64,000 nt of DNA from Halocafeteria seosinensis. Lineage: Eukaryota. Where the stretch lies: the NCBI GenBank assembly GCA_001687465.1, contig LVLI01000282.1:1-64000 (forward strand). The letters are read 5' to 3'. This document shows positions 39,401 to 48,446 of this stretch, one piece after another. Position 1 is the stretch's first letter, and every line of letters starts with the position of its first letter. A model generated the notes under the pieces. The model was given only the letters and a program-made list of their open reading frames with translations. It searched no databases and was not told where the DNA came from. The position numbers and the translations under genes were made by a program.

Positions 39401-42400
39401 CGCCGTTGTCTTATGACTCTAAGATGTATCTTTACTTTGAGTAATCTGTTCGCGAGTAAAATACAAGAGGGTTGGCGTAGCGTTGTTGATGTAACCTTGA
39501 GTCTGTATAGGCTGGAGAGTTTCCCCGAAGGAATTCTAGATCTTGATGACATCCGCGCTCCCAACGGTGCTCCCTTACCCTCTCTGTATCATCAGGATAC
39601 GAGAGTGGCTATACATGAATCCCAATATCAGCACCTTCAGAGGAGTGAGCGCTCAGATGATACCAGTCGGGTTGATTGGTGTACTCCTTTGTCTAAACAA
39701 GTTCACCAGGCAAAGGAGGCTGCTGACGCCTTGGGGCTACGGTCTGGACTTATCACTAATTTGGCATCTCTACTATGGAGAGAAGATGATCAAAGCGGTG
39801 GGTCAAACTCAGTTGTCGTAGCCTCTCTTTATCATGAAGCGCTGGTAGCTGGAGTAGAAAACCTGATGAAGGTTATCCCCACGGCCATGGACGATCCTTC
39901 TTTTACACAGCTGCTTAAGTCGCTTCTCCTCTCCCGTGATCCTTTGTCTACCTCACCAGACGAGTTGAACGAAGCAGTAGTGTCTCTAGAGCTATTCACT
40001 CTTGTAGCATTGAGGAACTCAAAGCGTATCCATATTTCCCTCCCCCTACTTCAGTCTCATATCAAAAGGATACTTGCGAAGAAAGAGAGCCGTATATTTC
40101 CTTCACGAGAGGAACTGGACGAAGTAATGCAAGGGTTGATACGCAGTAGAAAGAGTGAAATTAGAGATGCCACGTTCTACCACGGAGCTCGTGTGTGCAA
40201 CTGCTGGGACGACGCTCCAGGGACGGTCGACAACGTTCTGCACATGCCGTTTACGTGGTCGGTGATACTCGCAGGGTCTCATCAAAATAATGGCTTGCTA
40301 TACAACCTAATCTTAAAGAGACAGGTTGGTATTCTCACGGAAAGAGCGGTGGTTGATATGCTGAGGCTTGTTCTTAGGGCTCAAATGGAGGAAGGTGGCG
40401 GTAATATCTGTGATACCTCTGATGCTGTTTCGGACAGCAGCGAGGCTGTATCTCGTCAGGTTTACACAGGGCTACGGATGCTTTTGAATATACCGGATGA
40501 AATTTTTACGCTGCTCTCCCCTAGGATAGCCGCTGGAGTCAACCTTCTGATCCGCGCGGCTTCTACTTACGAAGAACCTAGTGGTGGATCTACGGAGCCA
40601 GAGCTAAGCAGCCAATGGGAGCTCTTATGGGGAGTTCTTGATAGCTGCATGTCTCATTTTTACTCTACACCGGCTGTGGTAGACGCGCTGGCCCATATTT
40701 CGCGAGTGAAGAACATATCGTACTCTTGTTTTTACTACATGCACTCCCTGAATTCTAAGTTGGCGTTGATGGATGTTCCTCCAGTTACATTAAATTCAGT
40801 TGGAGCAGCTCATTTGATAACTCAAGGTGGCAACAAGGAGTACGGGGTAAACGATATAGGACATCACGAGGACCATGAAGGTAGCAAGGAGCATGGTTTC
40901 TCATTAGCGTCTGCTTCCCCGGCAAATTACTACGTATCTTTGTCAGTGGCGGCGCGAGGAATGAGCTCCATGCAGAGCGCCGAGTTAGTTTCTAAATCGG
41001 CTGTGGAACTCATATATCCCCTATTGACAACCGGTGGTAGCTCAGATGAACGATGGCTAGAAGTCCTTACCACTCTGAAGGAAGCCTTTGTTACCGTATG
41101 GACAAACGAAAGCGAGGTGCTCAAAGACCCAAAAGCCCGCCAGTGCAGGACCCGTCTACTAGGTTGCTACATTAGCACGCTGCAGAAAATGACAAGAGAA
41201 TTCATGGGCTCTATCACTGTATATGCTTGGGAACGAGCGTTTTTCAGTGTATTACACCCGCTAATAGCCGAAACGTCCATATCTGACCCAGATAGTGACG
41301 AGCGCTTAAACATGAAATGGCATGAAATTGAGGATATAAGGTCCACAATGTTGTCGCTGCTGACGAAGACGTTTTTACAAGTTGGAATGGAAATAGCCAA
41401 TGACCTTAGTATTCCGGAGGGAGCCCACGAAGAGGTTGAAAAACTGTTTGACATGTTTCTTCGTCTCTGGAAACTTTGTCTTTCGCTTTTGGTCGACGAG
41501 TTGTGTAAGTCTTATGATTTGATGGACTTGAATGGGGACACAGGAAAATTCCCCGCAGGAATCAGTGTTGTTTTTGACTCATCATGGGAGAATATCAAGA
41601 ACCTGATCCTCGTCGTGGCCAGCGAAGAGTATTTTGAGAGGATGAACCTTCATATAGAAAACGTTCGGAAAACCTTTTGGGATGCTGCCTGGGAAATACT
41701 GAAGCAGTTACCACCGATTGTGTTAGAAGAACTCAGCGAGATCATTGATCAGGTGTTTGATGTGAAGCCTGTTCTGGCGGAGACAGCGGAGTCCAAGACA
41801 GGGATTGAACAACATAGCGAGCCTCAAACACAGTCTTCTAACGCCGAGCCAACTGAGGGTGGAAAGAATAACGACAAAAAGTCTGAGGAACAGCTCCCTG
41901 AGTCGTATAAGGGGTCGGTTGCCTGTGTTGACCATCGTTCATACGCGGACGCCCTGTGTACACATAATGGGATAAAGAACACAAGTGTAGACTCGGAAAA
42001 GGGATCACTTACTAGGGATACAGTGGAGGGGTGCGCTGATTCTCCGCAACCACAGGCATCAAATGGTGAGGAAAACAAGGATGTCAGCTCCAATCTTCAC
42101 AGTCACGTAGCTTCCACTAGTGACGATACGTCCGCTAAGCCCCTAACGATATCTGAAGACGAAGCGGGACAATGTAGCGAGGGCGCAGTAAAGGCAGAGG
42201 AGATAGGTGAGAACACAGCTAACCAACCTGCAGATGTTCCTGCAAATGCTGGCAATGCGTCGGAGGGGGAAGGCGGCAACTCAAGGTCCCACGGAGAGGA
42301 GAATGCGCATAGTACATCGGAAGGCAGTAATGGTAGCGCGGAAGTCCAACAGGAACAAGAGCCCGCGAAAGATGACGCGCACGGCGACGCGACCAAGGAT

Positions 42401-42484
42401 TCAGAATTAGCGGAAGAAAATGGAGAGCAATCTACCGCGAACAGCGGGTCATTCGTTAGTTCGTGGTTCGGCATTTTCGGTTGA
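36440..42484 (+). CDS. GBF1: Large ARF guanine-nucleotide exchange factor, GBF1/GNOM family (single exon)
   Basis: DCB region (YLQPFLDVI.S..TSGPLT..ALSAVNKFL), HUS box (LYINYDCD), Sec7 catalytic motifs FRLPGEAQKIERLM and LSYSIIMLQTDLHNPQV, followed by HDS regions. First ATG at 36440. Confidence 0.96.
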   Translation: MNHQAISSSTRGAERAQVSEGAPKYSQSSSMSPPNAVNCIKGEIHNVLSVMRLNQRWASEARFRKEIPLQSETPLLRSFKTLHNYLQRLVDINDVDTVFYLQPFLDVIASKDTSGPLTEMALSAVNKFLLYGFVHPQAPRCREAVNKIAEAATQCRFESSSSTDDEATLMKLLELLVNCLRSVAGPLLTDERVWQVTVCCFRIANIDRASYLLQKNAESTLTHVILIVFSRIDDLEDTIGESETDLLREAESHVMSGEQRGGSIAEHASTDKEGVSPRAEHDDRQQSCEADSQQSDSDYGHPSTRSARSSSLTVGHVRGNTRHPYGSCVLTKMLSWLSRMTDPSQNTKYTRIVGLRLINIALETAGASLAKFSSIVKVVQTELCKFLVQNSREEELTVLSPTLRVVFNLFNPLKEHLKVQLEVFFTSVHLYLADSTTARPEQKELALESLLEFCREPALMLDLYINYDCDVACTNLFETLCRCLCRNAVPENGPLTSLHVLSLEGVLAVVENMARRCAIAARMANSESQQPEEESSTAGEELPLEQLRQQKHLKKRMGLAATRFNREGIRHNNWIPYVQDINLLPIPSTPDSVANFFRECTGLDSTIIGDYLSQPDDEKHAFHTAVRKAYLSTFSFTDRGIDDALREFLGCFRLPGEAQKIERLMSAFAEKYFAQQEETPLKNEDTAFILSYSIIMLQTDLHNPQVSRKMTEEEFIKNNRGINDGADLPREYLQNIYRSVQKNGIELKTNSSSLNKHNATEVSAAWDGILAREDAVSAFTSTAPLGKSLRSDSAGIVDDTDQSDNYTTQWIQSAALHEKDMFALVADATLGAISFVWENTTDEAVLRKTMLGWRHAATIASYHKMDNTLNSIVISLCKFFKKTVENTMELSRSDLPSDKVTLGPLDGFLYHDMDKSKEEDGVDESTSTPYGSASFNAQVNGTAQRNESREGVGDSGNHTPGSMTGSISDNEMQVLEHSASNPTLLELRRCLMTLRCIFTLSNLFASKIQEGWRSVVDVTLSLYRLESFPEGILDLDDIRAPNGAPLPSLYHQDTRVAIHESQYQHLQRSERSDDTSRVDWCTPLSKQVHQAKEAADALGLRSGLITNLASLLWREDDQSGGSNSVVVASLYHEALVAGVENLMKVIPTAMDDPSFTQLLKSLLLSRDPLSTSPDELNEAVVSLELFTLVALRNSKRIHISLPLLQSHIKRILAKKESRIFPSREELDEVMQGLIRSRKSEIRDATFYHGARVCNCWDDAPGTVDNVLHMPFTWSVILAGSHQNNGLLYNLILKRQVGILTERAVVDMLRLVLRAQMEEGGGNICDTSDAVSDSSEAVSRQVYTGLRMLLNIPDEIFTLLSPRIAAGVNLLIRAASTYEEPSGGSTEPELSSQWELLWGVLDSCMSHFYSTPAVVDALAHISRVKNISYSCFYYMHSLNSKLALMDVPPVTLNSVGAAHLITQGGNKEYGVNDIGHHEDHEGSKEHGFSLASASPANYYVSLSVAARGMSSMQSAELVSKSAVELIYPLLTTGGSSDERWLEVLTTLKEAFVTVWTNESEVLKDPKARQCRTRLLGCYISTLQKMTREFMGSITVYAWERAFFSVLHPLIAETSISDPDSDERLNMKWHEIEDIRSTMLSLLTKTFLQVGMEIANDLSIPEGAHEEVEKLFDMFLRLWKLCLSLLVDELCKSYDLMDLNGDTGKFPAGISVVFDSSWENIKNLILVVASEEYFERMNLHIENVRKTFWDAAWEILKQLPPIVLEELSEIIDQVFDVKPVLAETAESKTGIEQHSEPQTQSSNAEPTEGGKNNDKKSEEQLPESYKGSVACVDHRSYADALCTHNGIKNTSVDSEKGSLTRDTVEGCADSPQPQASNGEENKDVSSNLHSHVASTSDDTSAKPLTISEDEAGQCSEGAVKAEEIGENTANQPADVPANAGNASEGEGGNSRSHGEENAHSTSEGSNGSAEVQQEQEPAKDDAHGDATKDSELAEENGEQSTANSGSFVSSWFGIFG

Positions 42485-43048
42485 CTATCATACGTATCAT
42501 CCGATTATTTCGAAGTCCGAGCAGCACATAATACCGCAGCGGAATCAGCAGGTGAACGCTACATTGGGTTATCTTACACTCCAAATGACTTTGTCTTTCG
42601 GACTCACCAAGTACAACAGTACAAGGGTACATACAGTACATGTATTGTACGAAGTACCAGTAAGTTGTGAGGTTCTACGCCCGCATTTTGGTTGTAATAT
42701 GACGATAACTCTCCAAAGTATAGAAACATTCAAACAAACAACCGTTTTCTCGATACCCTACTGTAGTCTCGGTTTTCTAGAGTTAGAAAAGACTCAGCGA
42801 AGCAACTTTGCTTCGCGTCGCCCGCCGTTCGCGAAGTCCACTGGACTGACCGGGCTGACTTCCCGGCCGTTTGCTTCTGGTTCTTGCCCTTGCATTGTCC
42901 CCCTTATTTTCCTTTTTGTAGTTTTGGAGTTGAAACTTCAAATAAGAGTCGGGCAAAACAGGCGTTTTAATGAGCCTATACGTCTTTATTGTTCGTGTTC
43001 TCGAGCAGAGTAGGTAGAGGGGACCCTAGGGAAAGTGTACGACTAAGA

Positions 43049-45224
43049 ATGGATCAGATATATTTCGTGTATGAGCCCCCAGGGGGCTCTCATTTGGAGC
43101 CTCCAATATGCGTAAGTTCAGAATCCAGATGATTTTAGTGCTTTTTCCCCTGTTTCCAGCCTGTCTAATGACCCATGCACATGCCAAACATGTTCATCTG
43201 TGTTGTGCAGCTCTATAAGTACGGGAACTACTGCTATTGCGGCCCTGTGGAACTGGCAAATGGAGCGCAAACTTTGGACCAACTCCCTGGCGCTCTACGT
43301 TATTTACAGTCTATACAGGGTACTATCCCTTTCTATTGCGAGACAGATCATATTCCCCAAGAGTCTATTCACTACGAGAGCCTGAACGAGTTGAACGAAG
43401 CTCTGGACTTCATTTACGAGGAATTAAGCACGGTAGACGAGGCTTTGGCCCCCTTCATTGAGAGTGAACCGTGGCTCGATGATGACAATGCAGCTTTATA
43501 TTTCGAATTTGAGACACAAGCCAGCTATGACCTCCAAAACGCTCAAGTCGTCTTCGCGAAGACGTTCCGCGAAGAGGTGCTCTTGACGGCCATCTTCCAC
43601 CAAGGAACCTTCTACGTGGCACTACATAACGCTGCCGACACGGAGCAAGGACTAGTGGATACAATTTTCCCTCAGATCTACGGAAAACGTCAAGGAATTC
43701 AGGTATGGGCTGATAGAACATGCTCTCCATGAGTGATACCCGCTGTATGGCCTGCTTCCTTGTCTCCGCAGCTAAGAGCATATGACCATCCCGTCTTCAC
43801 CAAAATGTCGGTATGGGAGTCCTCCGACCCTGTCCCTGACCCACAACGTGTGGCAATTGGGGATCAACCAACAGAGTCAAGGTAAGAAGCGTTTAGTTAA
43901 TTTGTAATGAAGAGAAGGAATAACAGAGTTCCATCTTGTGTATGTGGAATACAGTCAACACGTCAACACGGATCTGTCGGGTGTTGAAGGCTCATATACA
44001 CAGATTTACGTAATAAATAGACCCAAAAACATATTTCAAGGGTCTACAAAACGTGATGCTCTCTTTAGGTTTGGAAACTGGTGCTACGCGGGGAAAGTTG
44101 ATTTTGGTGTTGGACAGCTCCACTTGGGGGATGTTCCGGACGTTCTCCCAGCGCTGCAGAGGCAACAAGGGAATCTTGCATATTTTTGTGATGCGGGATC
44201 TTTCCCGGACAACAATAGCTTCTCCGAGATACTGAGAGTGTATACTGCCTCTATTAGATTCCTTACTAACGAAATGATCAACGTGGAAGATCGAATAGCC
44301 CAGTTGGCAGATACTGGTGTGACTTCTTGGATTGACGAGGATTGGGCAGCCGCCTTTTTTGAGATGCAGTTTGGTCATGTGCCCGCTTTGGAGGAGACAG
44401 AAGTGATTGCTAGCAAGATCTATACCGGCCAGGGTATTATTCTTCATTGTCTATGGTTCGCCGGGAGTCTCTACTGTGTCCTTGCTGACGCCGCAGAAGA
44501 TCAACCGTTGTTGGATGTTGCTTTTCCCGACGTAACTGCTAGATGTCGAGGCGTGCAGGTCAAATCTTATTCGAACGAAGATGTTTCTAACTTCCCTGGC
44601 TGTCCGCCGCCACGGCGCCTGAACATATGGGAAGGACGGCGACGTGGAGTTCCTGGGGTTGGCTTTGGTGAAGTAGCTGCAATCAAAGATGACCAGTTTT
44701 CCGCGATAATGTCCGGATCTCCGGGAGAGAGTACGGCAGAAAAAATTAGAAAGAAAGCCCGAATGAGGGCCCAACAGGAAGCACAGAGGAGGCAAGAAGA
44801 GGCTGATCAGAAGAAACTTGCTAAGAAACCACAGGCCGAAAACGTTGAGAGCAAGGAAGAGGAAAAAGCTGTAGAAGAAAATGATGATAAGCCTAGCGGA
44901 AAGGAAGCTGAAGAGGACGAGCAGGAAGGAGAACAAGAGGAGCGTCCCCATCAACCAAAGAGCCGACCGGCTGTAGCATACGAACCAGCTGAAGGCCCCG
45001 AGGCGGGTGCCAGTGGCACTGCTTCCAACCAACATGCTTCGGCAGCTACAAGGGGTGAACAAGGAGATGAGGATGACCCCGCTGAAGCGCTCAAGCAAGT
45101 TAAGGCTCCACATCATTTACCTCCTATGGGCGGGGGGTCCCGTCTAAAAGGTTTGCAAAAGTTAGATAACGTGGGGCCCGCGCCTTGGGATGATTCTGGT
45201 AAACCCAAAGATTCCAAGAAGTAA
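43049..45224 (+). CDS. Unknown protein with two tandem copies of a ~230-aa globular domain plus charged tail (4 exons)
   Basis: Start MDQIYFVYEP at 43049 and 3 GT-AG introns. Internal repeat: LYKYGNYCYCG vs LFRFGNWCYAG; WLDDDNAALYFE vs WIDEDWAAAFFE; LVDTIFP...QGIQLRAY vs LLDVAFP...RGVQVKSY. Confidence 0.85.
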
Positions 45225-45296
45225 TTCAATAAGACCACGCCGTCTCCAATACTACTTAACATTCATAGTCCACGCATGGCATTCATATTATCCTCT

Positions 45297-45928
45297 TCAC
45301 CTTTCGAATTGATCACGAAATTGATCAAATGCATCCATGGCAACGAGCAGCATGAAATACGGTCCAAACGTATTGCCTCGTCCAGCCACCATAAAGGGCG
45401 AGAAAGCCACCGCTCCCGAAACTAAGACATTACTGACTTCACTCTCTTGGTTCAGTTGTTTCCATCGCATCATACAGAGAATCGATTGGTAGGTCAGAAA
45501 GAACCTGTTAAGTAATCAATATGAATTCCATTCAATACAATTTGTCGCTCGACGACTTACCCACTACAGGCTAATCCTCGGCTCGCCACGGTCCTCATGA
45601 GTAATTGCACGATTCCTTGACGCGTGAGGTTCCGCGAGCGCACTTTCACAAAGGTATCGACCGCGCCAGCGCCAGCGCCGACGAAAGCCCCGGTAGCAAG
45701 TCCCAGAAGAGAATATCGTCCACAGTCCGTCCAATTCGTCAAGGGCACTCCGTGTTGCATCATGGGGGGATGGGGCGTCTTCTGACGGTCAGATGAACGC
45801 CCCTTCACTTGCTCTGGTGGTGCCTCCACTTCTTCGTCGTGAGTGTCTGTAGACGTGGAAGTCTCCTCTAAAGGGGGAGAAGGAGGAGGCCTTCGGCCTC
45901 GCCGTCCAGAGCCCCATTCATCCGCCAT
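45297..45928 (-). CDS. Tim17/Tim22/Tim23-superfamily-like small membrane protein (2 exons, 191 aa)
   Basis: Exons 45928-45561 and 45504-45297. GxxxG-rich TM1 (GLATGAFVGAGAG), then GFFLTYQSILCMMR...SNVLVSGAVA, which is the Tim17-family pattern. Confidence 0.65.
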
Positions 45929-46024
45929 GAGTTCTTTCGACGTGATAAATAAAAATATTTATTTGATACTCTCAAAAGTTACAAACAAATCTGAATTTTT
46001 TATTTTTTAATGACAAAAGGTTAC

Positions 46025-48310
46025 TCACTCGTGGCGACGAGTGAAGTGGTACAACTCTTTCCGCGTTTTGTCATGTAAACTCTCGAGTTCATGCCATTCA
46101 ACGCGGGGAAGGATGTTTTGCAACCGCGGTATGCCTCCGGGTGTACTAGTACTACTGCTGCTATCTGTGCGTGTGCTGTCATGGAACTTCTTTAAGCTTT
46201 CCTGAGCTTCCTGGTAATAGGACTCAGCCTTCTCACGATTAACCATCTTAATCTCTAGACGAACCTTCATTAAACTTGCCATGGTGTAGAGACGTACTAA
46301 GCGTCGCTGGTGCTTATTATCAGAGAATGGTCCAATTTCTTCTTTCAAATGCAAAAGCACATCGAGGGACGAGTCTACAAGTTGCTCCATATACTCATCA
46401 CAGTTATACCGGTATCCTGCAGCTGTCGCGGAGAGAACTAAAAACTCGGCAGCATCAAACAAGTATTGAACAGGATGATCAGTAACGCAGGCATTCCTGT
46501 CTTCGCTGCTTGCCACAAGGTAGAGGCCAAGTAGAAAGCGAGCATACATCTCTCCCAGAGAATGCGCCGCGTAGTTGAGTCCTTCGTGGTACAAGATTCG
46601 GACACGTAAAATCGCATCCTCCATATATTCCTCATACATGCTTGACTTCGTCTCACAACTACCCAAACTAGTGCTCGCCCTGCTTATCGTTTCTTCGGCT
46701 ACAACTTTTAGTTCCCGGAATTCACTAAGGATAAATCGCGAAGCTGCTTTACGGAGAGTAGCAGGCGGCAAAGTCCGAGACAACGACGGGTAGCAAAGTA
46801 AGAAATGGAAAATACGCCATGTGCTAGTCCCCCATACGCTGGTGCAATCAACCATTGAAAAATTTGACTGCTTCAGAGAAACGAGCGTTTTTTGGCCACC
46901 AGAGCTACTGCTGCAAAACTCCAGCACTACTTTCATACTATCCAGATCTGTGACTGTGGGAGCACCGTCGGCAAAACCATCTTCTCTCTGGTGGTCGTAA
47001 TAGCTCTTCAGACCATTCCGTACCAGACGCAACAAGCTATATTCATCAAAATGATCCACGTCGTTCTGCTGCCACGAGGATATCGAAGTCATAACTTCTC
47101 GGGGACAGGAAGGCGGACGAGTCTCGAATGCAGTAGGAAGAACTGATACAGTTGTTGCGGCGCTGTTCAGGTTCGGCGTGTCAAGTGGAATGGCAGCTTC
47201 TCTCATATTCTTCGACAGAATTGCTTGATTAAACTGCAAGTCCGCTAATAGGAATTGACCGAACGCTGTAGCAACTTTGCCACGGAAAATCCATGCCTGG
47301 GCGTTTCGCGTATCCATGCATAAAATAATACGGAGCATATCGAATGATTGACCATAGAAGGCCAGGCTCCAGAGCACATGGGCACTGTATACACATATAC
47401 GAATTAATACACGGCATACAAAGCACGAAAGCTTTTCAGGCCAGCTTTCTTGAATTATTTGGTCCGAGGGCTCAGTGTGCTGTTTGTCACTGCTACTGCT
47501 CGCACTATTGCTGCCAAGTATACCTTCTTGAAGCCACGGATAGTGCTGTAACAGCTGCTCAATATCATGAATAACCGTATCACACCATCCCTTTTCTTCT
47601 TTCAACACTTTTTGTTGCGTTTGGTTCGTGTGGTCAAATCCTTGTTGCTTTTGGTATCTACGTTCCTTTGCGTTGAGTTCTTTTACATGTTGGATCAAGT
47701 TTTCCAACCGCGCATACAAGTGTTGGGCGCGTTCCACTCGTTTGGATAAATCTTTGGCCGTCGAATCCTCCTCCACTGAGGACTCTTTAAGGCCTTCCTC
47801 CAGAGTAAAGTCTTTGATATACTCTTGGACGTCTTGAGCATGCTCCAAATACAGCCTCCGTGGCAAGACAACAGGTCCTTCGTCGTCGCTATTTTCCAGC
47901 GTAGCTTGCTCGGAGGAATGCAAACGAACAATCTGGTCACGTATCTTCGCATCTCGTGCGCGTAAACGTGTATAATAAAGGTGGCTTTCCCAGGGCTCCA
48001 CAACCTCTTGGTACCATTCCGACTGCAAAATTTGATGGACCTGGCTTTCATCATCCAAGGTCGATGACAGCTCCTTCTGCTTCTGAGCTATACTAGGCAC
48101 ACGTGCCTTTCCCCCGTGACCATGATCATGATGATCATGGGAAGGGTTATGGTATAAGGAGGCTCCATAGCCGTGGTCCTCTTGCTCGTGCCGGACCCCT
48201 CCCAAGAGGAAGCTTTCATGGTCATTTTCATCCTCTTGAAGAGCCGTATCGGGATCAAATTGATCCCATCGTCTATAATAAGTGTCTAAAGAAGACGATG
48301 ATGAAGTCAT
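46025..48310 (-). CDS. TPR-containing protein of unknown function (single exon, 761 aa)
   Basis: Long ORF with a TPR-like segment (DTRNAQAWIFRGKVATAFGQFLLADLQFNQAI), N-terminal YYRRWDQFD motif and His-rich patch. Confidence 0.75.
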   Translation of the reverse strand: MTSSSSSLDTYYRRWDQFDPDTALQEDENDHESFLLGGVRHEQEDHGYGASLYHNPSHDHHDHGHGGKARVPSIAQKQKELSSTLDDESQVHQILQSEWYQEVVEPWESHLYYTRLRARDAKIRDQIVRLHSSEQATLENSDDEGPVVLPRRLYLEHAQDVQEYIKDFTLEEGLKESSVEEDSTAKDLSKRVERAQHLYARLENLIQHVKELNAKERRYQKQQGFDHTNQTQQKVLKEEKGWCDTVIHDIEQLLQHYPWLQEGILGSNSASSSSDKQHTEPSDQIIQESWPEKLSCFVCRVLIRICVYSAHVLWSLAFYGQSFDMLRIILCMDTRNAQAWIFRGKVATAFGQFLLADLQFNQAILSKNMREAAIPLDTPNLNSAATTVSVLPTAFETRPPSCPREVMTSISSWQQNDVDHFDEYSLLRLVRNGLKSYYDHQREDGFADGAPTVTDLDSMKVVLEFCSSSSGGQKTLVSLKQSNFSMVDCTSVWGTSTWRIFHFLLCYPSLSRTLPPATLRKAASRFILSEFRELKVVAEETISRASTSLGSCETKSSMYEEYMEDAILRVRILYHEGLNYAAHSLGEMYARFLLGLYLVASSEDRNACVTDHPVQYLFDAAEFLVLSATAAGYRYNCDEYMEQLVDSSLDVLLHLKEEIGPFSDNKHQRRLVRLYTMASLMKVRLEIKMVNREKAESYYQEAQESLKKFHDSTRTDSSSSTSTPGGIPRLQNILPRVEWHELESLHDKTRKELYHFTRRHE

Positions 48311-48446
48311 TATTAGACGGGGTGTCGTGAATAAGCAACAAATCGGAGCAAAAGAAGTAGTCTACGTCACAAGATTTGGATTGTCGAGTCCCCTCTCTTT
48401 ACAGTGCATACACTCGTTTTTTAGTGCATACAGAGGTATCTGCAGG

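Noticed and set aside
36847..42474. Many 60-130-aa antisense or alternate-frame ORFs within GBF1 (likewise within CPSF1, CCDC180 and TSC1)
   Set aside because: Shadow ORFs of long coding exons.
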